In this document: piece after piece, positions 27,050 to 41,212 of the stretch
Layout: every line of letters begins with the position of its first letter
Numbering within the stretch: the stretch's first letter is position 1
DNA from: the human T2T-CHM13v2.0 reference genome, Homo sapiens
Assembly: GCF_009914755.1 (NCBI RefSeq)
Contig: NC_060928.1
Reading direction: 5' to 3' (one strand)
Length of the DNA: 64,000 nucleotides
Notes under the pieces: generated by a model
Database searches by the model: none
Seen by the model: the letters and a program-made list of their open reading frames with translations, nothing else
What the model was told of the DNA's origin: nothing
Position numbers and translations under genes: made by a program

Positions 27050-28403
27050 ATGGGCAGCACAAGATAGAATAGATCTCTGCAGCAATTGTCTCCCTACAGA
27101 AACAATGTTTACAACTATGCATGAACAAAACAACTCCACAAGAGCTAAGAAAACCAGATATGAAATAACAGTATCTGGTTGTATCACAATAGTAAGAAAA
27201 GATACATTGAACAATGTAGAAAGAGCACTTTTACATTACCTATGTAACCCCGCTCTAAACCCGGGCAGCACAGCACGCACAAAAAATAATATCTGCTTAG
27301 GTTAAAGAAAGAGGAGTCAGTATGAGACTTTTCCTTGGACCGCAACAGTGGGCCTATTCCAACAGTGGGCCTATTCCAGTAAAATCCAGCATCAGGCAGG
27401 CCCCTGTGGGCTGAGACTTCAGGCTAGTACCCATTAACTGAGACTCCAGATATACCTTGGCACCAGACAGGATCATGCAGCCACTGGCTCCAGATTTGTG
27501 TGACAAACTAAATTCCAGATTGCACTGCTGCCAGGTTTATGTCAAGGGCCCCGGAGTTTGTACAGCCCTCAACTACAGGCATGCCTCAGTAGCTCTGGGC
27601 TTTAGACATACTCCAGCATCCGATACACACTGGTGTATCCCAGCACCATGCACACTGCAGTAGACCCTAACTCAGGGATCATGTAGGCAGTCTGCTCAGA
27701 ATTCCTGGACTGTCTGACTGTTGAAGGGGTTTCCCAGACAAAGGTAGTCTGCACAAACTAGAATAAAGATCCACTTTATTTCTTCAAATGCACAGACATC
27801 AATGTATGGTTATAGTAATCAAGAACAATAGGAGAAGCACCACATTTACAAAGGGACAGATAAAGTTCCAGGTATTGCCCCTGAATAAATGGAGATGTAT
27901 GACTTGCCTAACAAATATTTCAAAATAACTGTTTTAGGGAACTAAGCAAACTTCAAGAAAGTACAGATAAGCAATTCAACTAAATGAGAAAAACAATAAA
28001 TAATCAGGAGAAAGGAAATGAAGTAGACAGGTTGAAATAATAATTAAAAAGTCAGACAGAAATTCTGACTTTGTACAAAATGAATGTAATTAAAAATGCA
28101 ATAGAGAAAATCAACAGCAGAATTGATCAAGCAAAGAAAAATAATCTGTGACCTTGAAGACTGGCTGTTTGAAAACATACAGTGAGAGACAACAAGAAAA
28201 AATTAAAAATATGGAATGATGAAAACTTAGGGAATATATGGAGCAACATCGAAAGGGCAAATACTTGAGTCATGGGAATTAAAGAAAGAGAAGAGAAAGA
28301 TAAAAAAGTAGAAAGTTTATTTAAACAAATTATAGCAAAAACACTTTCCAAACCTTGAGAAAGATGCAAATATTCAGGTAAAGGAAGGTCAAAGTTTACC
28401 AAT
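27050..28403 (+). mobile_element. L1M (L1MA-type) 5'UTR and ORF1 N-terminal half
   Basis: ORF1 'atggagatgtatgacttgcctaacaaatatttcaaaataactgtttta', 'gagaaaatcaacagcagaattgatcaagca'. Confidence 0.8.
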
Positions 28404-28784
28404 TGATATGGTTTGGATTTGTGTTTCTGCCCAAATCTCATGTCAAATGTAATCCCCAATGTTGGAGGAGGGGCTTGGAGGGAGATGATTGGATCATGGG
28501 GTTGGACTTCCCTCTTACTGTTCTCATGATAGTGAGTTAGTTCTCATGGGATTCGGTTGTGTAAACGTGTGTTGAACCTCTCTCCTCTCTCTTCCTCCTA
28601 TTCTAGCCATTTAAAATATGCCTCCTTCCTCTTCACCTTCCACCACAATTATAAGTTTCCTGAGGCTTTGCAAGCTATGCTTCCTGTACATCCTGCGGAA
28701 ATGTGAGTCAATTAAACCTCTTTTCTTTATAAGTCACCCAGTTTCAGGTAGTTCTTTATAGCAATATGAGAATGGACGAATTCA
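28404..28784 (+). mobile_element. MSTA-like 5' LTR
   Basis: TGATATGGTTTGGATTTGTG start; 'gagtcaattaaacctcttttctttataa' near the end. Confidence 0.9.
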
Positions 28785-29855
28785 AAAATTTGTACCAGGA
28801 GTGGGGCATTGCTATAAACATATCTGAAAAATGTCAAAGCAGCTTTGAAACTCAGTAACAGGCAGAGGCTGGAACAGTTCAGAGAAATTAGAAGACAGGA
28901 AGATGTGGGAAAGTTTGGAACTTCCTAAAGACTTGTTAAATTGCTGTGACCAAAATGTTGTTAGTGATAATGCTGACAATGAAGTCCTGTGAGGAGGTGA
29001 GAGAAGAAGGCCACTGTCCTCCAGACACCAGGCTGAGGTTGTTCTCTAATGGTAATGAGGAACCTATTGGGAGCTGGAGCCAAGAGCACCTTTGTTACAC
29101 ATGAGCAAAGAGATGATCTGAAATTGGAACTTATTTTTAAGAGCAAAGCAGAGTGTAACAGCTTGGAAATTTGCAGCCTGGCCATGTGGTAGAAAAAGAA
29201 AAAACCTATTTCGTAGGGAGGAATTCAAGCCAGTAGCAGAAATTTGCATCAGTAAAGAGGAGCCAGACGTTGATACCCAAGATAATAGAGAAAATGCTGC
29301 AAAGACATTTCAGAGGTTTTGCGGCAGCCCTCCCATCACAGGCCTGGAGGCCTAGGAGGAAGGGATGATATCATGGGCAAGGCCCAGGGTCCCACTGCTC
29401 TGTGCAGCCTCCAGACATGGTAACCTTCATTGTGGCCACTTCAAATCCAGCCATGACTATATTTGCCCCAGGTACAGCTTGGCTTGTTGCTTCAGAAGGT
29501 GCAAGCTGTAAGCCTTGGTGACTTCCATATGGTGTTAAGCCTGTGGGTGTGCCGAGTGTCAGAGTTGACACTTGGAAGCCTCCACCTAGATTTCAAACAA
29601 TGTAAGAAAACACCTGGAAGTCTGTTTTAGGCAGAAGTCTGCTACAGGGGCAGAGGTCTCATGGAGAAATTCTAATAGGGCAATGTGGAGGGGAAATGTA
29701 GGGTTGGAGCCCCCACACAGAGTCCCCACTGGGGCACTGCCTAGTGGAGCTGAGAGAAGAGCGCCGCTATCTTCCAGACTCCAGAGTGGTATATCCACCA
29801 ACACCTCACACTATGCACCTGGAAAAGCTGCAGGCACTCAACACCAGCCTGACAG
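28785..29855 (+). mobile_element. MST internal region (MaLR-int), 3'-truncated
   Basis: Follows the LTR with 'aaaatttgtaccaggagtgggg'; 'ggaaagtttggaacttcctaaagacttgttaaa'; 'ccccacacagagtccccactggggcactgcctagtggagc'. Confidence 0.9.
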
Positions 29856-29859
29856 CCCC

Positions 29860-29967
29860 TGAAATCAGCCACAGAACTTCAAAATATATAGAAATTAAAC
29901 AACATGCTCCTAAAAAACCAGTGGGTCAATGAAGGGTAATGAAAAGGGAAATTAAATAAAAAATTAT
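29860..29967 (+). mobile_element. L1 ORF2 fragment just downstream of the endonuclease domain
   Basis: 'gaaattaaacaacatgctcctaaaaaaccagtgggtcaatgaa' (KLNNMLL..QWVNE). Confidence 0.8.
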
Positions 29968-30328
29968 TGTGACTGTTAATACTAAGTGTCAACTTGGTTG
30001 GATTAAAGGAGGCAAAACATTGATCTTAGGTGTGTCTGTGAGGGTATTGCCAAGGGAGATTAACATTGATTCAGTGGGCTGGGGAAGGCCAACCTGCCTT
30101 TAATCTGATGGGCACCATCTAATCAGCTGCCAGTGAATGTAAAGCAGGCAGAAACATGTGAAAAGGCAAGACTGTGACATCTTTCTCCCATGCTGGATGC
30201 TTCCTGCCCTCAAACATCAGACTCCAAGTTCTTCAGTTTTGAGACTTGGACTGGCCCTCCTTGCTCCTCAAGCTTACAGACAGCGTATTGTGGGAACTTG
30301 CAATCATGTAAGTTAATACTTAATAATA
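29968..30328 (+). mobile_element. MLT2A1-like (HERV-L) LTR lacking its 3' end
   Basis: 'tgtgactgttaatactaagtgtcaacttggttggattaaagga', 'ctcctcaagcttacagacagc', 'catgtaagttaatacttaataa'. Confidence 0.88.
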
Positions 30329-30387
30329 TACATCAAGTAAATACTATATATACATAGTATTTATACAGTGTACTATTATATATATAT

Positions 30388-31017
30388 GGCAAGTGTTGGC
30401 AAGAATGTACAGAGAATCCTAGCACACTTGGTGGGAATGTAAATGAGTACAGCTACTATGAAAAACAATATGGAGGATTCTCAAAAAAATTAAAAATCAA
30501 ACTACCTTATTATCCAGTAGTTCTACTGCTGGGTATATATTCTAAGGAATTGAAATTAGTATGTCAAACAGATATATGCACTTTCATGCTTATTGCAGTA
30601 TTACTCACAACAGCAAAGATAACGATATCAACTTCTCTGTCCATCAGTGGATGAATGGACCTTTTAAAATGTGGTATGCATACACAATGCAATACTATTT
30701 AGCCATAAAAGGGATGTAAATTCTGTCATTTGCAACAACGTGGATAAAACTGGAGGGCATTATGTCAAATGAAATAAAGCAGTCACATAAAGAAAAATGC
30801 TGCATGATCTTCCTCATATGTGCAGTCTTAAACTATTGAACTCATAGAAGTAGAAAGTAGAATGGTGATTACTAGGGGCAGGAGTGGCTCCAGGATGATT
30901 GGAAAGATGTTAGTCAAAGGATACAAAATATCAGTTTCATAGAAGGAATAACTTAGAGATCTGTTGCACAACATGGTGACCATGGTTAACAATATATTAT
31001 ACTCTTGAAAAAAAAAG
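30388..31017 (+). mobile_element. L1MA (7-9-like) ORF2 end and 3'UTR
   Basis: 'ggtgggaatgtaaatgagtacagc', 'gtccatcagtggatgaatgga', 'agtcaaaggatacaaaat..agagatctgttgcacaacatggtgac'. Confidence 0.85.
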
Positions 31018-31039
31018 AATTGTATATTTGATGTATCCT

Positions 31040-31700
31040 GAATTAAGCACTTTCCTCCAGGTTTCATGAGCTCCCACCAGGTATTGTTACCAATGAGAAG
31101 CCATTGCTAGTATGTTTCATTTCATTCTATAATTAATTTGTTGTTATTGACTGAAAGCTGTGGATTATTGTCTTTGTCCTCAGAATTCAAGATTTTTGCA
31201 AGAATGGTAAAGGCATTTTTAATTAATCTTGTCTGGGACTTTATGAGAAACGAACATTTCTATGGATCAGATATTTTGCGTCCTTTGATTTAATTAATTA
31301 TTTCTTCGATATAATGTATTATTTTTCTTTTTCTAAAAAACATACTACTTTATATCTCTGGCAACTTATCCTAAAAAATACCCTAGTGCTTCCACTACAT
31401 GTCATCTTTTTTTTTTCCTGTGATTTCTGAGCTATCGATTTCAAAAGACCTTTCAATCTACTAACTTGGTGCTGAATAGTGATGTCTCAGTCTTCCAAAT
31501 GTTTCAATGAGTTTTTGCAATGGTAATATCATGATTTTAATAACTTAACTGGTGCTCCTCTAGGGCTCATATTATCATTTTGTTAAGGCTATTGTCTGCC
31601 TACTCCAATTACTATTTTAATGTGAGCAACATTACCTCTGGGTTCTTTGTTATTCCTTCCTGTGGTTTCTTACGCTCTTAAGAATATCACTTTTTTTTTT
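31040..31700 (-). mobile_element. Possible very old L1/HAL1 fragment
   Basis: T-rich, with 'ttgttaccaatgagaagcc' and 'tctttgtcctcagaattc'; weak resemblance only. Confidence 0.3.
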
Positions 31701-31861
31701 TCTTTTTATACCCTCAGATTAACTTACTGGGATAAATGGACAAAAGGAGAGTCACAAGTAAGCACAGGTCTTTCTATGCCTGTGACCAGACAGGAGATTA
31801 TTTCTTAAGCGCCAACTCCCTGCTAAGGCCAGAGAAAAATCCTCTTTGCTCCCAGAAGTAT

Positions 31862-33428
31862 TGATGGCTGCAGTGGGCCATCTGAGGCAGCCACTGCCAA
31901 GACACCAACTGCAGAAGGGAGCTGAGGCTGGGGCTACTTGCTGCATGTTGCCAGCAGGGGCTGGGGACAAGAAAGAACCCTGCTCCTTCTGAGTTGGTGG
32001 GGCAGGAGCTCCCTGGGCACAACTGCAGCCACCCAAGTTGCAGCTGCAGATCTAGGTCTTCCTGTGCTCTTATGGGCCGAGAACTGGTAGGAGCCCCACC
32101 CTCCTGGGTGCAGCTGCAGCCACCCAAGCCACAACTGCAGAACCAGGCATCTCTGCACTTTTGAGGGCCTGGGAAGGCCTTTCTTGCCCCATAGATTCAG
32201 AGGTGTCTGCTCCCGCTACCTGGTCTCTCCCTTCTTCTGGCACCCACACCAATCCTGGGTGTTTTGTAGCCCAGCCAGGTGTGCAGATGCTCAGGGCAGT
32301 GCTGACACACCAGCCCCCTGGTGCTTCAGCCCCCTCCAGACTTTGGGCACCTATGAGCACGGTAAGGAGGCCAAGGGGAGTCTGAGGGCAGCTCAGTGCT
32401 GGCCTGCAGGCATCCCTCAGCACAAACAGTCTGGGCACCATAGAAAATGGTAGGAGGAAGACAGGCTTCAGGGCAGAAAGCGGCAGGTCCCCAGTGAAGC
32501 GCCACTTTCAGGCTGGGGAAGGCCTGGAGCCTGGGGACTGTCTACCAGTCTCGCAGACTGAAACTGGTGGTGCTTTTTTCTGAGCCCACCAACGGTCACC
32601 CATGAACCAATCAGCATGCACTTTCTCCCATCTGAGGTCCACACAAACACCAGAGTCAGCCAGACTCAGGGAGATGATGGAATGATGTGCCTGCAGAAAG
32701 GAGCTACCCACTCCTGGGCATCCTCTCTGCTGACAGCTGAGCACTCAATAGGATGACTTGTCTGTGGAGAGGACCTACCCACTCCAGGATCTCCTCTGAG
32801 CTAGTCTGTCACTCAATAAAGCTCCACTTCACGTTGCTCACCCTCCACTTGTCCACGTACCTCATTCTTCCTGGGTGCAGGACAAGAACTTAGAACCTGC
32901 TGATTGACAGAGCTGTAACACAAGGCTGAAACATGCCCCTTGTTTGCCATGTTGCAGGCAAAGAGTAGGAAAAGAGAGCTGGACCCCTTTGGGGAGCCCA
33001 GACATTAAAGCTCCCTGAGCCACTGCTGCGACTCCCTCTTTGGAGGCCTGTAGTTCCTGGAGTCTCCAAGTTTTTGGGCACCACCACAATCCCTGGTGCC
33101 AGCCATGGAAGGTTCTTGTGGTGTCCCTGGTCCAGCCACACCCTTGCAGTGAGCCAGCGCCTGCGTCAGCAACTGGAGCTGTCCTCCTTGCTGCAGCAGC
33201 CAGTGTGCCTGAGTGTGTGCAGTGGCCAAACTCCACACTGACTCGTGCACACACCCTTCACTGCTCTATGCCTGGCTTGCCCTTGGCAGGCATGGGATCC
33301 AGGCCGGTAGTGTGTGCCAGTCCAAGTGGACAGAATGAGCCCAGGAGGCCCAAGAGAAACTTGGGCAAAGGTGTCACCAGCCACAGAGGTTTCTGGCCAG
33401 AAAAGAACCACCCAAGTAACCTGTGACA
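31862..33428 (+). mobile_element. MER52 (ERV1) solo LTR, copy 2
   Basis: TGATGGCTGCAGTGGGCC...AACCTGTGACA; 4-bp TSD GTAT at 31858-61 and 33429-32; CCAAT at 32607-11, AATAAA at 32815-20; clearly homologous to 16395-18018. Confidence 0.9.
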
Positions 33429-36207
33429 GTATTTCACCCATGGCATTTGTCAGACCTCTTTCAGCCTCCAAACCTGAAAGTCACTCAGCTCACTTTGGCA
33501 GCTCCTTTCCAGATCCAGAAAGACCAACAAGGCCTCCCCCAGAATTTATGTGGGCTGGCAGATACAGATGATCCTGAGCATCTCAGTGCTGACACACAAG
33601 TCATTAGGGTATCCAGCTCTTGTCCTTGACCCGTTCTTGTCCTTGACCTAATACTAATAAGTCCAATGCTTCAGTGGATCCAGGCAGAGCCCTCTGCCTC
33701 AATACCCTCTCCAGTTTTGATATTAAGGATGCTACTGTCCTATTCCAGAGAAGAAGCCAACCGATAGAAGGTTGGGGTTATGGTTTTATGGATTTATTTC
33801 CAGAATCTTCTTCTTAGTAGGATTGACTTTGTAAATAAAGTAATGAAATATAATTCTTTATAAACGCTATAATTCTTAGATATTATAATGAATACAACTT
33901 TAGTCAGTTTTTATAATAATATTTTAGTCAGTTTTTTTTTTTTAAGTCTATGTGCAAACTCCCATACCAAACTATGAGATTTTAAGTGTGGCCTATTCAT
34001 TACGTTTTCAGCCAAATGGGGCAGGCAGCATTGGAAAAAGACAGCCTGTTCGTAATCTAAGTAATTTATTGTTTTTTTTTTTCTCTTTAGAGAAATGTTA
34101 TAGGTTAATCTAGCTTTTTGTAGAAAGAAAATAATACTGAAAATAAATAATTTATTTGGGGAATATCTAAATATTTTCTTTATTATTCTTTAATAGTAGC
34201 ACTTCTCTTTGACTTTGCTTAGAGAAGTCTGCTATTGCAATTTGCCACTGCACATAGTTCTTGTTGGAACAATATTACCAGAGTTGCTCCAATGCTATGA
34301 CCCAACCGAAAGTCTAGCACATGCACAAATCATGCTAATCACACTATATTCCTTGGCATTCAGACCACACACAGAATTACACAGGAAAGAATGTCACAGA
34401 AAACTAACTCTGGTTAATTATAATGTAAATGCCTTGAGTAAAAAACATTGAGTTCTGTTGCTACTAAGATTGATAAGCTGACCTTATTCTTTTCCTAACA
34501 TTATCTTAGTTTTTCATCTTTAAATAAAAATAGTGAGTGTTATCTCTCCAATTCCATGTCCATTCTTTCTTTCTTTTTTAACTGAATTTTGGTTAAGTTA
34601 GATTCAGGATCTTTTGTTTCTATCAAAGGAAATCTAACTCAAGCATCACCTGAAATCTCCCTGGCTAGAATGGTCCATAAACATTTTAAGAATTAGTCCC
34701 ACATTTGTAGACTTTAAAAATTACAGTTTTAGCAATTGTGATCACCTGGTCTTTTACAAATAATTACTAAATAAATTACTAAAACAAATTGTGGGGATAT
34801 ACATTTTTAATGGTACTAGCTGTCATCCAGGCAGGCCAAAGCATGTTAGGATTCATTAGGAAGAAAACATGCTCCTCTCTGTAAAGGAACATGCCACAAT
34901 TCTCAGTGAGATGCAGCATTGCTCCTACATGACTCTCAGATGTCCAGTCCACACAGGGTTTACAAGAATCCCAAATCATGTTTTTGGGAATCAGAAGCTT
35001 ACCAGGTTCATGGCTTCTGCTTCTATTCAGAAGGATACATCAATAAGTGCTGTTGACTATCTGTCTACTTACTCTTCAGAGATTTGTTTTATGACTTTCA
35101 GGGCATATTATAAAACCTAACTTTTCAGGCCAAGAGACATCCATTGGTAATTAGAATTCTCATGCTGCAGCTATTTATATTTTTATGGTTTAAAAATAGT
35201 TAATTGGCATGTGCCCTAAGGCTTTTTGCAATGGGTTTACCTTTACAAATAATTAATAATCAGCATTGAAAGTAGTGTTTTAATTTTCCAACCAATTTAA
35301 CTGTTCAAAGTTTTTGTCTACCATGGTCATATGTTTGTCAGACAACTAAGAAAAACAGATATAACAGATGAATATAATTAGCATTAACATAAAAAAGCCT
35401 AAGAAGAATAAATCAATTTGATTAACCCAGCAATTTAAAAATTACCATTGTAAAAGAAAAGGTGAATACTATAATTTTATTTTATAATTAGCCTATCAAG
35501 TATTCACTTTGAATATACATTTACAGCAAAAGCTTAAGGCTATCATATACATATGCCAATCTCAGGTATGACAATGTTAATATCTTACACTCATCAGAGC
35601 CATCTATGTAACACACATGACAATGAAACTACCATAAATCTTGACTCCACAGTCAACAACTCTTGGTACTCAAGGAAAAGTAAGATTTTTGAGGTTTTGA
35701 CAGAATCATTAAAGTGGGAGCTTTGTATATGGCATACTCGTTCAAATTTGATTATTACCATTTGCATTCTGAAGATAATAGTGCTAATTCAAAGACTCTC
35801 TTTCTCTTTCTCTCTCATCTGTAAAGCCAGTCTGGATAATTCAGTGTTTACTTTTAAAAATCTGTGATTCTAATATTTGCAATTCTATTAATTCCTGTTA
35901 TAACGTACATTCCTCTTAGTAATGCATATCTATTAGGTATTATATCAATATGTCTACATTGATCTATTTATATTCTTGAATAACAACAGAAAACAAGAAA
36001 ACACCCAAAGAAATTTCAATCACTATTTTATGGTTGGTATATTTGATATGCTAGATTGATGTGCTCACATCCTCATTTAGTTCCTTGAAAGTTAGCTCAA
36101 TGAAAATTACTTCAATGAAGAACAAAAAAGTGGGAAGCACATATAAACATGTATTATAGAGACAATCAGAATAAAAGAGCCCCAAAGTATTCCTACTTCA
36201 ACCCCAG

Positions 36208-36569
36208 TGCTATGATTTGAATGTCCCCTCCAAAAGGCATGTTGAAATTTAATTGCCATCGTGACAGTATTGAGAGTTTGGTCTGTTAAAAGGTAATTAG
36301 GCCATAAAGACTTTACTCCCTTGAATAAATTAATATCGTTATCATAGAAGTGGGTTAGTAATCACAAGAGTGGCTTTATTATAAAAGTGAGTTTAGTGTC
36401 CTCTTGCTCACTCTCTCTCACCCTCACTCACCCTTCCAAATTTCTGCCATGGGATTATGCAACATAAAGGCCCTCACCAGATGCTGACACCTTTATGTTT
36501 GACTTCCAAGTCTACAGAATTGTGATAAATAAATTTATTTTAATTATAAATTACTCAGTTTGTGGTATT
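36208..36569 (+). mobile_element. MSTC-like MaLR LTR, last ~30 bp missing
   Basis: 'tgctatgatttgaatgtcccctccaaaa', 'aaggccctcaccagatgc', 'tataaattactcagtttgtggtatt'. Confidence 0.85.
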
Positions 36570-36732
36570 ATTATTATTATTATTACTATTTTGAGATGGA
36601 GTCTCACTCCGTCGCCAGGCTGGAGTGCTTGGCGCAATCTCGGCTCACTGCAATATCCGCCTCCGGGGTTCAAGTGATTCTCTTGTCTCAGCTTCCCAAG
36701 TAGCTGGGATTACAGGTGTGTGCTACCATGCT
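36570..36732 (-). mobile_element. Alu right arm only (AluSc-like) with (TAT)n tail
   Basis: 'gagatggagtctcactccgtcgccaggctggagtg'; ends abruptly before the middle A-rich linker. Confidence 0.88.
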
Positions 36733-37537
36733 AGGACAACCTGCACTGAAAAAAACTCATGATAATCTTTATTATAGTGAGGAATCCACTGGTCTCTAAC
36801 CAGGGTGTCAGTTCAGATTAACTCATCCTTTTTACTTAAACCTTTGTTTTAGAGAGAGATACCAGAAAGGAAGCAGTTACATTAATGAGCAGGGAGATGA
36901 ACAGAACCCCAAGATCTTGGTATCAGAAACACACATGCCAAACATAGGTGAAATGATTATGAGTCAGTAAGGCCTTTGGCTTGGGTTATTAGCTAGCAAA
37001 ATTCAAATACTACTATCATGAAGAAGTTGATTGAGGAATTCCAAGATGTCGAAACCTCAAAACTTTGTATCAGGAAACGGAAGAGTCGATACTTAGAGTT
37101 TTCTCTAGAAGTGTGCTTAGGACTTTATGACACTTCAGGGTGAAGCATCTACAAATAAATTTTCTCTTGCTAATAAAAATTATTTATAATGACATCAATG
37201 TGTTATTGTGCCAATGTATCCCATACCACTATGAAGAGAGTGAGGAGAACAGAAAAGCATTTTGGTTCTATGTATTTCCATTCAAAAGTTTCTTTAATTG
37301 TCTTAAATAGTTTTAAAGTCAAAAGTACTGCTCCATCGCACTTTTAGGGCTACGGATAACAGCTTCCTATGATTGAGAGTCCCACGGTAATTCATAATTC
37401 CGTTGATATGGCTTTAATTTTTCCATGGCTTTGCAAATTGCCCTTGATTAAACTCCTTTTTGTCCACACTTTTTAGCCTTCCATCTGTTTCCTGTGTGGA
37501 CTTGGACTGATTCCGTTATTATTTTCTCTTTTTCTTT

Positions 37538-38770
<1,233 letters not shown>

Positions 38771-38926
38771 CAGCTACTGTCTGACTTGAGCAACTTGTCT
38801 CCTTAGCCTCTTCTTTCTTGCCTATGAATTAGAACTAATTGGAATGTCGCTTTATCACTGTGTGGATCTGAGGATGAACTGACATGTTTAGTGCAGCTCA
38901 TAGGGTTAGACATGCAACATCACTGG

Positions 38927-39131
38927 CAGTGTGGTGTGCTGGAGCCAGCTCCAAGTTTGTAACAGCTGACTATTAAATCTCCAGGGTTTTTGTGAGCTGG
39001 TTGATTCATGTTGTAGCTTGAAAATAACCATAGTGAGAAATAAATATATCATGAAAATCAGAAAATACTTCAAGTCAGAGCCTTTTTGTCCTGAAGGAGT
39101 TGGTTGTTAGATATGTACAAGCACATCACTG
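38927..39131 (+). mobile_element. MER63A-like hAT MITE
   Basis: Termini cagtgtggtgtgctggagcc ... aagcacatcactg, about 205 bp. Confidence 0.75.
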
Positions 39132-39159
39132 ACCTTCAACATTAATATGATCTTTACAA

Positions 39160-40004
39160 AAGACACAAACAGACACTTCTCAAAAGAAGATATTTAGGCA
39201 ACCAACAAACGTATGAAAAAAAGCTCAATATCACTGATCATTAGAGAAATGCAAAGCAAAACCACCATGAGATACCATCTCACGCCAGTTAGAATGGTGA
39301 TTATTAAATGGTCAAGAGACAACAGATGCTGGCGAGGCTGCAGAGAAATAGGAACACTTTTACACTGTTGGTGGGATTGTAAATTAGTTCAACCATTGCA
39401 GAGGACAGTGTGGCAATTCCTCAGAGAGCTAGAAACAGAATACCATTTGGCCCAGCAATCCCATTACTGGGTATATATCCAAAGGCATATAAATCATTCT
39501 CTTATAAAGATACATGCATGCGTATGTTCGTTGCAGCACTATTCACAATAGCAAAGATACGGAATCAACCCAAATGCCCATCAATGATAGACTGGATAAA
39601 GAAAATGTGGAACATATACACCATGGAATATTATGCAGTCATAAAAAGCAATGGGATCATGTTCTTTGTAGGGACATGAATGGAGCTGGAAGCCATTATC
39701 CTCAGCAAACTAATGCAGGAACAGAAAACCAAGCACCACATGTTCTCACTTATAAGTGGGAGCTGAACAATGAGAACACATGGACACTGGGAAGGGAACA
39801 ACAGACACTGGGGCCTATTGGTGGTGAAGGTGGCGGAGTTGGGGGAGAGAGAGCATCAGGAAAAATAGCTCATAAATGCTGGGCTTAATACCTAGGTCAT
39901 GGGTTGATAGGTGCAGCAAGCCACCATGGCACCCATTTACCTATGTATAACAAACCTGCAGATCCTGCACATGTACCCTGAAACTTAAAATAAATTAAAA
40001 AAAA
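39160..40004 (+). mobile_element. L1PA (11-14-like), 5'-truncated: ORF2 C-terminus, 3'UTR and A tail
   Basis: ORFs 39213-39551 and 39410-39679 give '[21 protein letters not shown]', '[23 protein letters not shown]', '[25 protein letters not shown]' (frameshifted L1 ORF2). Confidence 0.95.
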
Positions 40005-40283
40005 TCAATACTGCAATCATTGTATCATGAAGTAGAAAACTTGAAAGCAACAGCTTCATGGGCTGGGTACCAAAATAATATAGAAATCAGTTTTCAATTA
40101 TATTTTATCTAAACATCGGATTTTTAATAACTGAAAATCTCTTATTTTAAAATCTAAAATCTCTTATTTTAAAATATATCCGAAGAAGACAGTACTAAGT
40201 GTTTAGACACAGTTATTCCAATGGAACATTTATAAAATATAACATGCTATCCTTTTTCTTCAAGCCTTCTTAAAATGCTAAGG

Positions 40284-40460
40284 CAGTGGTTCTACAATTT
40301 CTTTGGATATTGAGACCACTTGGAAAGCTTTTAAAAATTGCAGTGCCCATGAACCAATGCCCATGACCAATTAAATCTAACTTTCTGAGGAGGGAACCCA
40401 GATATCAGTATCTTTTCAAGCTTCTCAAGTGATTCCAATATGCAAAGTTCAGATCCACTA
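40284..40460. mobile_element. MER5A hAT-Charlie MITE
   Basis: cagtggttct ... agatccacta termini; 8-bp TSD tgctaagg / ccctaagg. Confidence 0.8.
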
Positions 40461-41091
40461 CCCTAAGGATGAGAGTCTTTGCAAATGGGCGGTTTGCCTA
40501 ATAGATATGGATGTAGATGGATATAGATATGAATATGGATGTAGATGGAATATTTCTACTTAAACCTTATGCCAGTCAAGTTAAAGTTTTGCAGTTACAT
40601 TTTGTCATTATCTGTGAAATGTGTTTGGTTGAAATCCAAGGAAGATAAATGAGCACTCTTCTTAGAAATGGTTTAATTTGGCAGACATCACCACTTCCAT
40701 GAACAAACTGTTCAACAAAATTAATTCTTGGAATCATTATAACTTTAAGAATAGGAGTAAAAGAACTATGTGACAGGTGTTGTATGTAGCTGCAGTAAAT
40801 ATAATGGGAACACTTTTACTCATTTCATTATAAACAATATTATTTCTCAAGGTGCCTGGCCATAATTTTAACCATATATCACAGCTGGTTGGCTTCTCTA
40901 TTTTCCTCTACCATTATTGAAACATGTTCTCCTAGGATAAGAATGCAGTGCCGTTATCTATACAAGGCAATCTATAATTGTGTCAGTTAAAATGTAGAGC
41001 ATATCAATCTTTTTATTAAATAAAAGTAATAACATGCCAGAATATTCCAGAAAAATATTCACAGCTACCCCAAAATATGTTTATTTAATAA

Positions 41092-41212
41092 GATACATCT
41101 ATATCTACATTTTTAGCAATCTAGCTAGCTATTATCTTTCTCTTACCTATCCATCTAATCTGTCTATCTTATCATCTATTATCTATCTACCTACCAACTT
41201 TCTATATATCTA
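41092..41212 (+). repeat. Degenerate (TCTA)n
   Basis: Read directly from the sequence. Confidence 0.8.

Noticed and set aside
31752-33629. Second ORF cluster
   Set aside because: Same cause, MER52 copy 2; the ORFs are not conserved with copy 1.
34070-34120. Strong polypyrimidine + AG acceptor-like site
   Set aside because: No convincing downstream donor or reading frame; such sites are common in T-rich DNA.
39213-39888. Protein-like ORFs
   Set aside because: Frameshifted L1 ORF2 C-terminus of a 5'-truncated element.
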